DNA of 53,318 bases from a virus (IMGVR_UViG_3300043803_001519:1-53318), one strand, 5' to 3'; positions 8,359-16,613 are shown, counted from the first letter of the stretch. Notes: generated by a model not told the origin, from the sequence alone. A program made the numbers and translations.

Positions 8359-9688
8359 TCTCCTCCGGTCTTCGCCCCGGGTGTTCGACATGTCGGACCC
8401 CGGCACCGGTAAGACCCGCGCCGCCATCGAAGCCTTCGCCGAGCGGCGGCGCAACGGCGGCGGCAAAGCCTTGGTCCTCGCCCCGAAGTCGATCCTCCAG
8501 GCTGCCTGGGGCAACGACATCGACCGCTTCGCGCCTGGCATCTCCTACATGTGTTGCTACGCGCGCAACCGCGAACAGGCCTTCAAGCTCGACGTCGACG
8601 CCTACATCACCAACCACGACGCCGTTTCCGGCCTCGACAAGCTCCTGCCAGCGAGCTACTGGCGAGACTTCGACACGCTCATCATCGACGAGTCGACGGC
8701 CTTCAAGCACAACGGTTCGCAGCGGTCCAAGGCCGCCCGCAAGCTCGCTACCCGGTTCCAGTACCGTGAGCTCATGACTGGTACCCCGAACCCCAACAGC
8801 GTCACTGAGCTATGGCACCAGGCGTTCCTGCTCGACGACGGCGAACGGCTCGGCAAGTCGTTTTACAAGTTCCGCAACATGGTCTGCGAGCCGACCCAAG
8901 TTGGCCCTGCAGCCAACCACCTCAAATGGGCCGACAAGGAAGGTATCGAGCAGGCCGTCTACGCGCTGATCCAGGATATTTCGATCCGGCACAAGTTCGA
9001 GGACTGCGTCGACATCCCGCCGAATCACACCTACTCGGTCTACGTCGACCTGCCCCCCAAGACACGAAAGCTCTACAACACGCTGCTCGAACAGACCGTG
9101 CTCGAGTTGGACAGCGGCGCCATCACGCCCATCTCGGCATCTGCCGTCGCCACCAAGCTGGCCCAGATCGCCGCCGGGGCTGTCTACGTCAACGACGCCG
9201 CCGAGGTCATCGACGACACCCGCACCGAGGTCATCATGGATCTCGTCGACGCCCGCCAGAGTGTCGTCGTGCCCTTCATCTGGAAGCACCAGCGCGACAT
9301 GCTGACCAAGGCAGCGGAGGAGCGGGGCTTCACCTTCTCGTCGATCGACGGCGACGCCAGCGATCGCGAGCGCGCCAGCGCTGTCGCCGCCTTCCAGGCC
9401 GGCGACCTCCGGGTTCTCTTCATCCACCCGCAGTCCGCCGGCCACGGGCTCACGCTGACTCGCGGCACTGCCACGATCTTCGCAAGCCCGACCTACAACG
9501 CGGAGCACTACAAGCAGGTCTTCCACCGGATCTACCGTACCGGCCAGACCCAGCGCACCGAGACCATCCACATCATCGCCCGCGATACCATCGATGAGGT
9601 CATCTACGACCGCCTCGACGGCAAGCTAACGGCCATGCAGCTACTGCTGGCCTTGGCCGAGGCGAATCAGCGACAGGAGGCTGCGTGA
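8312..9688 (+). CDS. SNF2-family (DEAD/H-like) helicase
   Basis: Q motif FSHQQE, Walker A DPGTGKT, IIDES, MTGTP, SAGHGLTL, QVFHRIYRTGQ. Likely TTG start at 8312 after GGAG. Confidence 0.9.
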   Translation: MSSIPPLFSHQQETISLLRSSPRVFDMSDPGTGKTRAAIEAFAERRRNGGGKALVLAPKSILQAAWGNDIDRFAPGISYMCCYARNREQAFKLDVDAYITNHDAVSGLDKLLPASYWRDFDTLIIDESTAFKHNGSQRSKAARKLATRFQYRELMTGTPNPNSVTELWHQAFLLDDGERLGKSFYKFRNMVCEPTQVGPAANHLKWADKEGIEQAVYALIQDISIRHKFEDCVDIPPNHTYSVYVDLPPKTRKLYNTLLEQTVLELDSGAITPISASAVATKLAQIAAGAVYVNDAAEVIDDTRTEVIMDLVDARQSVVVPFIWKHQRDMLTKAAEERGFTFSSIDGDASDRERASAVAAFQAGDLRVLFIHPQSAGHGLTLTRGTATIFASPTYNAEHYKQVFHRIYRTGQTQRTETIHIIARDTIDEVIYDRLDGKLTAMQLLLALAEANQRQEAA

Positions 9689-9885
9689 TAGCGCTCGACG
9701 ACAGCTACTTAGGGTGGCGGGTCGAAGCCGTCGATTCTTTCGGCGAGAAGCGCCGCTTCTACGTCAGCAAATCAATGGGTCGGATCCCGGTCTTCCTTGA
9801 GCTCAAGACCCGGCGCTCGCTCGGCGGCTACGCGGCCTGCTACGAGTATCAATCCATCACCCGTCTCTACAGGAGGGACGAATGA
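9685..9885 (+). CDS. Hypothetical protein
   Basis: AGGAGG RBS, coupled overlaps on both sides. Confidence 0.6.
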   Translation: MIALDDSYLGWRVEAVDSFGEKRRFYVSKSMGRIPVFLELKTRRSLGGYAACYEYQSITRLYRRDE

Positions 9886-10298
9886 AGACTGACACCGCAA
9901 CCCTGCCCCCGCCTGTCGAGAACAGGCAGCCCCTCGCCCTGGGCGAGATCATCGCCCGGATGCTCGAGCTCCGGGACGCCAAGCGCGCCCTCGAGGCCCA
10001 GGTCAAGGACATCAACGAGGAGTTCTCCACCCTGGAGGCCCACCTCATCGTTGCCCTCGACGAGCAGGAGAGTACGACCGTCGCCACCAAGCAGGGGACT
10101 GCCAGCATCACCGAGACGGTGGTCCCACAGATCGTCGACTGGGACGCGTTCGAGAACTACGTGATCATGAACGGTGCCCTGCACCTCCTCCAGCGCCGCC
10201 CCGCCACGGCGGCCTTCCGGGAGCTGCAGGAAGCCGGAGAAGCGGTCCCTGGCCTCGAGCCGTTCACCAAGAGGGCGATTTCACTCCGTGCCAAGTAA
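9882..10298 (+). CDS. Conserved phage replication-module protein (coiled coil + VDWDAF...LLQRR...VPG)
   Basis: AGGAGG RBS. The motif is typical of small proteins found beside phage SNF2/SSB genes. Confidence 0.7.
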   Translation: MKTDTATLPPPVENRQPLALGEIIARMLELRDAKRALEAQVKDINEEFSTLEAHLIVALDEQESTTVATKQGTASITETVVPQIVDWDAFENYVIMNGALHLLQRRPATAAFRELQEAGEAVPGLEPFTKRAISLRAK

Positions 10299-10310
10299 CG
10301 AGGTAACAAC

Positions 10311-10994
10311 GTGACAGCCAAGACCAACCTCCCCGCCAACATCGAGGCCCAGCTCAAGGCCCAGATGGAGGCCCTCCGCAGCCAGCTCCAGGCCCCCTCC
10401 AGCAACAAGATCTCGACCAGGGGCAAGATCTTCACGCTCCCCGACGGCAAGTCGAGCCCAGGCCCTCTCCGGGTCATCGTCGTCGACTTCGCCTGGGCGC
10501 TGGTCCACTACAAGGGCATCTACAGCGCCGCCCAGCCCCAGGGCCCGGACTGCTGGGCTCTCGGCCGGGACAACCCCGACTCGGGCAACCTGGTCCCCAG
10601 CCCGACCATCGTCAAGCCCTACGCGACCTCCTGCAACAAGTGCCCCAAGAACCAGTGGAAGAGTGATCCGCAGGGTAAGGGCAAGGCGTGCAAGAACCAG
10701 CGCCGGCTCATCGTGGTCGGGGCCGACGCCAACAAGGACAGCGAGCCGCTGACCCTGTACGTCTCGCCCGGCGCCCTCAAGAACTTCGACGGCTACGTCG
10801 CCAGCCTCGCCTCGACCCACGGGCTCCTGCCCATCCAGGTCGTCACCGAGGTCAGCTTCGACGCCAACCAGGCGTACCCGTCGCTGAAGTTCTCGATGGT
10901 CGAGAAGCACGCCCGGCTCGAGGAGATGTTCGCCCTCAAGGCGAAGGCCGAAGAGATGCTCTTCCGGCCGCTGGAGACCCGCGAGGCTGCGTGA
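10311..10994 (+). CDS. Putative ssDNA-binding/annealing protein with Zn-binding cysteines
   Basis: PDCW...SCNKCPKNQW...GKGKACKNQRRL, and position in the replication module. Function is inferred. Confidence 0.55.
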   Translation: MTAKTNLPANIEAQLKAQMEALRSQLQAPSSNKISTRGKIFTLPDGKSSPGPLRVIVVDFAWALVHYKGIYSAAQPQGPDCWALGRDNPDSGNLVPSPTIVKPYATSCNKCPKNQWKSDPQGKGKACKNQRRLIVVGADANKDSEPLTLYVSPGALKNFDGYVASLASTHGLLPIQVVTEVSFDANQAYPSLKFSMVEKHARLEEMFALKAKAEEMLFRPLETREAA

Positions 10995-11422
10995 ACGAGG
11001 CCGGCTTCCTGACTAGTCTCAGGACGTCAGTAGCGAATCGCTGCTACTGGCTCAAGACGAACTTGCCGTTTGCCCGCGGCATCGCGGACCTGTGGCTGTC
11101 AGGAAGCCGGTCAGACTTCTGGCTCGAGGCGAAGTTCGCCCCGAAGCTGAGCCCGGCCACCGACCTCACCGACCATCGCTACTGGCTCACCAAGCCACAA
11201 CAGCACTGGCTCCTCGCCAGGCATCGCGAAGGTCGCCAGGTCGGTGTCCTCTTCGCCTCCGTCGCGGGGCCCAGGACCTACCATGCGATCCTGCTGCCGG
11301 GCGACGCCTGGCGGGATCCTATCCCCCGGGAGGGGTTCGCCGAGAAAGCCATGCCGGTCAAGGACTTGGCCGACTATCTGGTCCGTGTCGTTGGACACAG
11401 TGGGGAACTGCCACTATCCTAG
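10991..11422 (+). CDS. VRR-NUC/Holliday-junction resolvase-like PD-(D/E)XK nuclease
   Basis: MNEAGF, GIADLW, FWLEAK, LTKPQQHWL; GTG start at 10991. Confidence 0.75.
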   Translation: MNEAGFLTSLRTSVANRCYWLKTNLPFARGIADLWLSGSRSDFWLEAKFAPKLSPATDLTDHRYWLTKPQQHWLLARHREGRQVGVLFASVAGPRTYHAILLPGDAWRDPIPREGFAEKAMPVKDLADYLVRVVGHSGELPLS

Positions 11423-11455
11423 CGGGCGCTCCCACTTCGTCCAAAGGAGGGACGT

Positions 11456-12019
11456 GTGGCTTCTCCCATCGAGACCGCGCTCAGCGTCGGCATCGCGACG
11501 CTCTACACCCACCCCGACAACCTCGAAGGACACCGCCTCGGACTGCTGATCACCTACAAGCAGTGTCCGTGCAAGATCGTCACCGTCACCACCGAGGGCC
11601 CTCCAGAGGGCTTCGCCGTCGTCAACCCAGGCAACTACGTCCCCTTCTTCGTCGACCGCAATCTCGCCCTCTGGTCCCCTGACGCCATCGAGCAGTACCT
11701 CGAGGAACGCTTCCCGCATCCCACGCTGCTCCCCGTCGACCCCAAGCTCCGCGCCCAGCTCCGCCAGATGAGCTACGAGTTCCGGAGCTGGTACCCCATC
11801 CAGCACGACCGCTTCGCCCTTGGGGCGCTCCATGAGTTCGCTGAGATCCTCGGCGACGGTCCCTGGGTCACCGGTAACACCCGGACTACTGCCGATCTCG
11901 CTGCCTTCCCGTTCCTCTGGCGCTGGCGCACCCTTCTCAGGGAAGCCGGCCCGGCAGTCTGCCGGTACTTCACGCGGTCCGCTCCCCTCGGGGCTGCCGC
12001 AGCCGAAGCGGAGACGTGA
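11456..12019 (+). CDS. sspA: Stringent starvation protein A homologue (GST fold)
   Basis: NPGNYVPFFVDRNLALW...EQYLEERFPHPTLLPVDP aligns by eye with E. coli SspA NPNQSVPTLVDRELTLW...MEYLDERFPHPPLMPVYP. AAAGGAGG RBS. Confidence 0.85.
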   Translation: MASPIETALSVGIATLYTHPDNLEGHRLGLLITYKQCPCKIVTVTTEGPPEGFAVVNPGNYVPFFVDRNLALWSPDAIEQYLEERFPHPTLLPVDPKLRAQLRQMSYEFRSWYPIQHDRFALGALHEFAEILGDGPWVTGNTRTTADLAAFPFLWRWRTLLREAGPAVCRYFTRSAPLGAAAAEAET

Positions 12020-12022
12020 AGC

Positions 12023-12361
12023 ATGGTCAACCGGGTCAGCACGAAGATCGGCCCTGACGGCAAACGTCTCCCCGCCGGCATCTGGTGGGACGCCAAGAAG
12101 AACCGCTACCGCGTCCGACTCTACAAGAACCGCGTCAGCCACCTCTGCGGCTACTTCAAGACCTTCCACCAGGCTACCAAGGCCCTCCAGGAGCTCAAGG
12201 TTCGCTTGAGCCACATCCCCGCCGTCCGGCGCCGCAAGCGGATGCGGGTAGGGCAGTACAACACCGCCCCCACGCACGAGGCGACCCTCGGCGGGCTGGC
12301 CAGGTCAATCCGTGAGCACCAGCTCATCGATCCCCTGGTGATGCAGCGAAAGGAGTTATGA
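12023..12361 (+). CDS. AP2-like DNA-binding protein
   Basis: LPAGIWWDAKKNRYRVRLYKNRVSHLCGYFKTFHQA matches the AP2 pattern G-V-x-W...W/Y-R-A/V...LG-x-F-x-T. Basic protein. Confidence 0.65.
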   Translation: MVNRVSTKIGPDGKRLPAGIWWDAKKNRYRVRLYKNRVSHLCGYFKTFHQATKALQELKVRLSHIPAVRRRKRMRVGQYNTAPTHEATLGGLARSIREHQLIDPLVMQRKEL

Positions 12362-12558
12362 CCCACAGCTACTTTGTTGGCTACGAGGTCGTGCCTCTGC
12401 GTGAAGTCGATGACAGCTACGCCGTAGTAGCGGACGACGACACAGCAGATTTCTGGAGCCTCTACGGAGTGCTCCCTGGCGGCAAGCGAGTCTGCATAGG
12501 CGACTATTCAGACCAGCATGAAGCCAACTCCGTCAGGGATCTCCTGACCAACTCGTAG
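12358..12558 (+). CDS. Hypothetical acidic protein
   Basis: AAAGGAG RBS and ATGA overlap. Confidence 0.65.
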   Translation: MTHSYFVGYEVVPLREVDDSYAVVADDDTADFWSLYGVLPGGKRVCIGDYSDQHEANSVRDLLTNS

Positions 12559-12573
12559 CTACATCACCCCCTT

Positions 12574-12617
12574 GCGAAGGCCTCGACTGGGCAACTGGTC
12601 GGGGCCTTCGCTTTTTT
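12574..12617 (+). terminator. Rho-independent terminator
   Basis: GCGAAGGCCTCGACTGG-GCAA-CTGGTCGGGGCCTTCGC stem-loop followed by TTTTTT. Confidence 0.85.
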
Positions 12618-12628
12618 GAAAGGAACGA

Positions 12629-13330
12629 ATGCTTGTCTACTCAGGTCCTTCCCGACTCACCGGTGATCCTGTCGTTGTACTTGCGACTGGTCTCGACCGC
12701 CCAAGCGCCAACCGAAAGACTGGGCCAATGGTCCAGACCTGGATCCTTCGAGCTGACATGGAACCCCGCGAAGCGATCAATCGATCTCACGATGACGCGG
12801 TGTGTGGCTCCTGCCCCGCTCGCGGAACCTGGTGCTATGCCTCGATTGGTCATTCGGGAGCTGCGCTGTCTGGGATCTATCGAGCTTTCCGCGACGGTCG
12901 CTACAGCCCTTATTCTCTCGACGCCTTCCGAGGCCGCGCTGTCCGGTTTGGTGCCTACGGGGATCCTGCCGCCGCCCCCGTCTCTGTCTGGAGAGATCTT
13001 GCCGGCGTAGCCCGGATGCACACCGGCTACACCCACCAGTGGCGTACCTGTGACCAGGCGCTCAAGGACTACTGCATGGCGAGCGTCGACTCCCACGAGG
13101 AGTACGTGCTCGCCAAGTCCATGGGCTGGCGCTGCTTTCGTGTCGTCGAGTCCTTTGACCAGAAGGTCAAGAACGAAGTCATCTGCCCGAACACCAGCAC
13201 CGGCATCACTTGTGCCGAGTGCGGGGCTTGCGATGGAGCCGGGCGCAAGCTCAAGGGCGACATCGTCATCGAGGTCCACGGCACCTCGGCCAAGAAGTTC
13301 GCCACCGCCCAGGCCACCGTGGCGGCGTAG
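12629..13330 (+). CDS. Cys-rich conserved phage protein (gp88/DUF7227-like, possibly Fe-S)
   Basis: NRKTGPMVQTWIL, CGSCP...WCYA, VRFGAYGDP, TGYTHQW, MASVDS, CP...TCAECGAC. Confidence 0.65.
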   Translation: MLVYSGPSRLTGDPVVVLATGLDRPSANRKTGPMVQTWILRADMEPREAINRSHDDAVCGSCPARGTWCYASIGHSGAALSGIYRAFRDGRYSPYSLDAFRGRAVRFGAYGDPAAAPVSVWRDLAGVARMHTGYTHQWRTCDQALKDYCMASVDSHEEYVLAKSMGWRCFRVVESFDQKVKNEVICPNTSTGITCAECGACDGAGRKLKGDIVIEVHGTSAKKFATAQATVAA

Positions 13331-13442
13331 TAACGGGGCCAGTCCGGGCGCGGAATTTCCTCCATGGACCTTTCGCCGCGTGACCGGATCGGTGCCCCCG
13401 CAAGGGGGCATCGTCACTTAGCCACTGAGTAACGGAGTGACC

Positions 13443-13661
13443 ATGCCGCGCATCTACGACAGCGCCAGCAACCCCATCGACTTCTGCCATCGCCACTTCC
13501 CGAAGAGCGAAGAGGACGCTTTCGACCTCTACGGCAACGGCGATGACGGTCCTGACGACCGCGGCAACTGCTTCGGTTACGACTGCGAGCATCCCGACTA
13601 CCAGGACAGCCACTATCGCTGTCACGTCTGCAGCTCGCTGCTTACAGCCCAGGACAACTGA
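13443..13661 (+). CDS. Small Cys/His-containing acidic protein
   Basis: GGAG RBS; DFCHRHF and YRCHVC motifs. Confidence 0.65.
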   Translation: MPRIYDSASNPIDFCHRHFPKSEEDAFDLYGNGDDGPDDRGNCFGYDCEHPDYQDSHYRCHVCSSLLTAQDN

Positions 13662-13670
13662 GGAGACCTT

Positions 13671-13937
13671 ATGAAGCTGAACCACACGACGATCTGGAGT
13701 CGGATCGATCGCGGCTGGGATCCGGAGCGCGCCCGCACCACGCCACCCATTCGCCCCAAGGCTGGTCCGTCGCCGAAGGGCATCAAGAAACTTCTCCGGC
13801 AGCTCGGCATCCCGCTGTCGACGTACTACTCACGCCGTCACAAGGGACTCAGTCACGAGCAGGCGATCCGCACTGCCGCGAGCCGCAAAGGTGACTCGAT
13901 CAACGAAGTCATGAAGCGATGGAGGACAGCGGCATGA
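13671..13937 (+). CDS. Small basic DNA-binding protein with two HTH-like repeats
   Basis: TIWSRIDRGWDPERA and STYYSRRHKGLSHEQA repeats; GAGGAG RBS. Confidence 0.6.
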   Translation: MKLNHTTIWSRIDRGWDPERARTTPPIRPKAGPSPKGIKKLLRQLGIPLSTYYSRRHKGLSHEQAIRTAASRKGDSINEVMKRWRTAA

Positions 13938-14167
13938 AGCTCTACTTCGCCGAGTGGAGCAAGTCCGCAAACGTCCCTTGGCAGCACCGCTGGTTCCGCA
14001 CCGAGGATGAAGCGTGGCGATTCATCGACGAGCTTGTCGCCACGAACCAGCTCGACAGGTCCGAGTACAGCTACTTCTCGGTCCTGCCCCACGACATCAA
14101 TATCCCGACCAACTCCTGGATGCTGGTCGATCTGCTCAACCATCTCGAAGCGAGGCCCCCCGCATGA
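13934..14167 (+). CDS. Hypothetical protein
   Basis: GGAGG RBS and ATGA overlaps. Confidence 0.6.
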   Translation: MKLYFAEWSKSANVPWQHRWFRTEDEAWRFIDELVATNQLDRSEYSYFSVLPHDINIPTNSWMLVDLLNHLEARPPA

Positions 14168-14376
14168 CTTCCATGACCATGGATGAGTTCCGCAAGGCCG
14201 TCGACCGGCGCGTCCGCAACATCGCGGCTGTCGGCCTCGACGATCTCCCCGACTTCGACCTCTACAACTACTGGTACGAAGGCATCGAGCCCGACGAGGC
14301 CAAGCTCGTCGCCAACGACGCCGCCATGGACCTCCTCGCCCAGGAAGGCTTCCCGGTAGAGGAGGGCGACTGGTGA
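14164..14376 (+). CDS. Small acidic protein (GLDDLPD motif)
   Basis: ATG at 14164 coupled to the upstream stop; 70 aa, D/E-rich. Confidence 0.65.
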   Translation: MTSMTMDEFRKAVDRRVRNIAAVGLDDLPDFDLYNYWYEGIEPDEAKLVANDAAMDLLAQEGFPVEEGDW

Positions 14377-14600
14377 TTCTCGACACGCCCGAGGGCATCG
14401 CCCGCTACCAGATGGCCGTCCAGCTCGGCGCGATCAAGCTCGAGCTCAAGGGCCTGAAGCACTCACGCGGCAGCGTCGCCGCTGCCGTCAAGCGCCACTA
14501 CGGCTTCAAGGGCAACAAGCAGAAGGTCTATGACCAACTTGCTGCCCTCTACGAGCAAACCTACGGAGAGCCCTTTGCGGCCAGGAGCAGCAGGAAGTGA
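14373..14600 (+). CDS. Small basic hypothetical protein
   Basis: AGGAGG RBS; IKLELKGLKHSRG motif. Confidence 0.65.
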   Translation: MILDTPEGIARYQMAVQLGAIKLELKGLKHSRGSVAAAVKRHYGFKGNKQKVYDQLAALYEQTYGEPFAARSSRK

Positions 14601-14824
14601 TCACCAAGATCCACGTCAACCAGCACGCGATCCGCGCCAACCAAGGCAAGCGCGGCCAGCCCGTCATCACCGTCAAGGACTACCAGCGCAACCGGAAGAC
14701 CGACGAAGCCCGCATCATCGATGCCAACGGCAACGTCGTCGCCCGCATCGTCTACAACCCCGACAAGCCCCTCGACTGCGGCGCAAAGTGCTGGGTCGAG
14801 ACTTCCCTGGAGGTCCGCACATGA
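14597..14824 (+). CDS. Conserved phage hypothetical protein (IHVNQH...KPLDCGAKCWVET)
   Basis: Recognisable small phage-family motif; coupled overlaps. Confidence 0.7.
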   Translation: MITKIHVNQHAIRANQGKRGQPVITVKDYQRNRKTDEARIIDANGNVVARIVYNPDKPLDCGAKCWVETSLEVRT

Positions 14825-15231
14825 TCGCTTCGTTCGACAAGAAGATCGCCGACTCGCTCCTGGCGCAGCTCAAGGGCGCACTCGACCCGCTTCTCAAGGA
14901 GCATTCGCTTAGCCTCACGAAGGCCAACGGCCGGTACGACGACAACGTCCTCAAGGTCAGCCTCGAGCTGTCGGTCGCCGGCGGCAAGAGCCGCCGCGAG
15001 GAACAGGACTACCGTGACTGGGCGCCGCTCTTCGACCTCGACTCGTCCTGGTACGGCCTGCCGTTTGCCTTCGCCGATGGCACCGTCTACAAAATCGCCG
15101 GCATCAAGCCGCGCGCCAAGAAGAACGCCGTTATCATCGCGCGCGTCTCCGACGGCAAGCGGTTTCTCGGTCCGGCCTCCGTGGTCCGCGACTACATCCA
15201 GCGCGAGCTGAGCAAGGGGAAGGCGGCATGA
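14821..15231 (+). CDS. Hypothetical protein
   Basis: ATG at 14821 after GGAGG; YKIAGIKPRAKKNAV...DGKRF. Confidence 0.65.
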   Translation: MIASFDKKIADSLLAQLKGALDPLLKEHSLSLTKANGRYDDNVLKVSLELSVAGGKSRREEQDYRDWAPLFDLDSSWYGLPFAFADGTVYKIAGIKPRAKKNAVIIARVSDGKRFLGPASVVRDYIQRELSKGKAA

Positions 15232-15500
15232 AGCGTCAGGTCATCTTCTCCCGCAACCTCGAGAACTTCCTCTCCGAGCTCACGGCGGAGCTGCACAACG
15301 GCGACGTCTCTGTCGCGTTCGCGTTCAAGCTCTCCGGCGTAGTCAACGTAGCGTTCCCTCGCGGGTCGACAATGCACGGTTCCCAGAACTACGTTCTGGA
15401 CAGCGTCCGCGGTCAGCTTATCGAGCAGCTCAAGGATTCCGACTACGCTTGTTCCGACATCTTCGACGAAGTCGAGGTCCTCGACTCGGAGTATCTATGA
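15228..15500 (+). CDS. Hypothetical protein
   Basis: Coupled ATGA overlaps. Confidence 0.6.
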   Translation: MKRQVIFSRNLENFLSELTAELHNGDVSVAFAFKLSGVVNVAFPRGSTMHGSQNYVLDSVRGQLIEQLKDSDYACSDIFDEVEVLDSEYL

Positions 15501-15790
15501 CCGAGAACATCGAAATCGTCGTGGCCCCGCCACGGAAGGGTCGCGCCAGCTCCTGGTCGACCTTCGAGCGGCGCTATGACCCGATCGTCGACCCGAGCGG
15601 CACGGTCGTTCGCTCCTGGAACGACCCCGCTGTCCTGGCGGCCAGCGTCCGCCAGGTCTGGACCGTCGTCGACGCCGAGGGCCACCTCTACGTGGTCCCC
15701 GGCCTTGCCACGGTCAACTACATCGGCCGGATCATCACTCGAAAGGGGTGGTCCGACGTCGAGCTCACCAACACCGGATACAGGTTCTGA
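15497..15790 (+). CDS. Hypothetical protein
   Basis: ATG at 15497 after GGAG; VWTVVDAEG..YVVPG..VNYIG motif. Confidence 0.65.
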   Translation: MTENIEIVVAPPRKGRASSWSTFERRYDPIVDPSGTVVRSWNDPAVLAASVRQVWTVVDAEGHLYVVPGLATVNYIGRIITRKGWSDVELTNTGYRF

Positions 15791-15792
15791 AC

Positions 15793-16038
15793 ATGAGCAA
15801 GTGCATCACCAAGATCGAACAGTCCCTCATCGCCACGCGCTGGCAGGATCGCGCCGCGTCGCTCGGGCTCAAGAAGGGAACCAAGCGCTACAAAGACGCC
15901 CAATTTCACTTCGTTGCCGGCGCCGCGTCGGCTCTTCACGCGACTGACCCCGAGGCTGGCCCCCAGGACCTCAGTAACCGCGTGCCGGTGGCGTGGGTGA
16001 TCGCCGGCCTGAGTGGTCGTGACCCGTTTGATCTCTGA
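15793..16038 (+). CDS. Hypothetical protein
   Basis: Last + strand gene before the terminator. Confidence 0.6.
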   Translation: MSKCITKIEQSLIATRWQDRAASLGLKKGTKRYKDAQFHFVAGAASALHATDPEAGPQDLSNRVPVAWVIAGLSGRDPFDL

Positions 16039-16042
16039 GACC

Positions 16043-16074
16043 CAGGGGGGCCGAAGCCCCCCTGTTTCTTTTTT
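16043..16074 (+). terminator. Rho-independent terminator ending the early/replication arm
   Basis: CAGGGGGGC-CGAA-GCCCCCCTG perfect hairpin followed by TTTCTTTTTT, at the convergence point. Confidence 0.9.
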
Positions 16075-16121
16075 CTCAGTAACTACTTAGGTGGGGTGCG
16101 GGGAGGATGGCTAGAAGCGCA

Positions 16122-16160
16122 TCAGCACTTCTTGCCGCCCTTGCCTTTCTTCTTACGCAT
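16122..16160 (-). CDS. 12-aa basic micropeptide MRKKKGKGGKKC
   Basis: ATG CGT AAG AAG AAA GGC AAG GGC GGC AAG AAG TGC TGA, preceded by AAGGAGATTGCA. Confidence 0.55.
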   Translation of the reverse strand: MRKKKGKGGKKC

Positions 16161-16196
16161 TGCAATCTCCTTGGTTGTCGGTGAGTAAGGTGATAG

Positions 16197-16613
16197 TCAC
16201 TGTGGGCCACGAATGCGGCCGATCTCGGCGGAGCGCGCTCTGGCCGCAGCTACGGCCTCATCGACGGACCTAAACCGTGGGAACTGCTGCCCACGGCGCA
16301 GCGCCTGGCGAGCTCGTTTGATCGCTGCCTCTTCGTCGAGCTCGGCGCCATCCCAGATCGTCGGGATGTTGTAGAACCCGTCGTCGAAGCCCACGGTGAT
16401 GGTCCGCTCCGTTGAGAACGAGCCGTCGGGGTTGGCGAGCTTCGGGCGCGAGGTGTCGATCGGGAAGCCGGCCGGATCTACCGGGGCCCCTACACCCCAC
16501 ACCGGGGCGAGGCTGCTTAGCGACTGCATGGACGGTGCGACCGCCCTGCCGCCCTCGATCAGCCGTTGCAGGGAAGACTGCACCCGGGCGTGCTTGGCGA
16601 TCCCCTTGGCCAC
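16197..16613 (-). CDS. Conserved phage hypothetical protein (NPDGSFSTERTIT...NIPTI)
   Basis: GTG start 4 nt after the tailspike stop; recognisable phage motif of unknown function. Confidence 0.65.
   Translation of the reverse strand: MAKGIAKHARVQSSLQRLIEGGRAVAPSMQSLSSLAPVWGVGAPVDPAGFPIDTSRPKLANPDGSFSTERTITVGFDDGFYNIPTIWDGAELDEEAAIKRARQALRRGQQFPRFRSVDEAVAAARARSAEIGRIRGPQ

Noticed and set aside
13335-13420. HDV-like ribozyme
   Set aside because: TTCCTCC resembles the L3 loop, but consistent P1/P3/P1.1 pairings could not be built.
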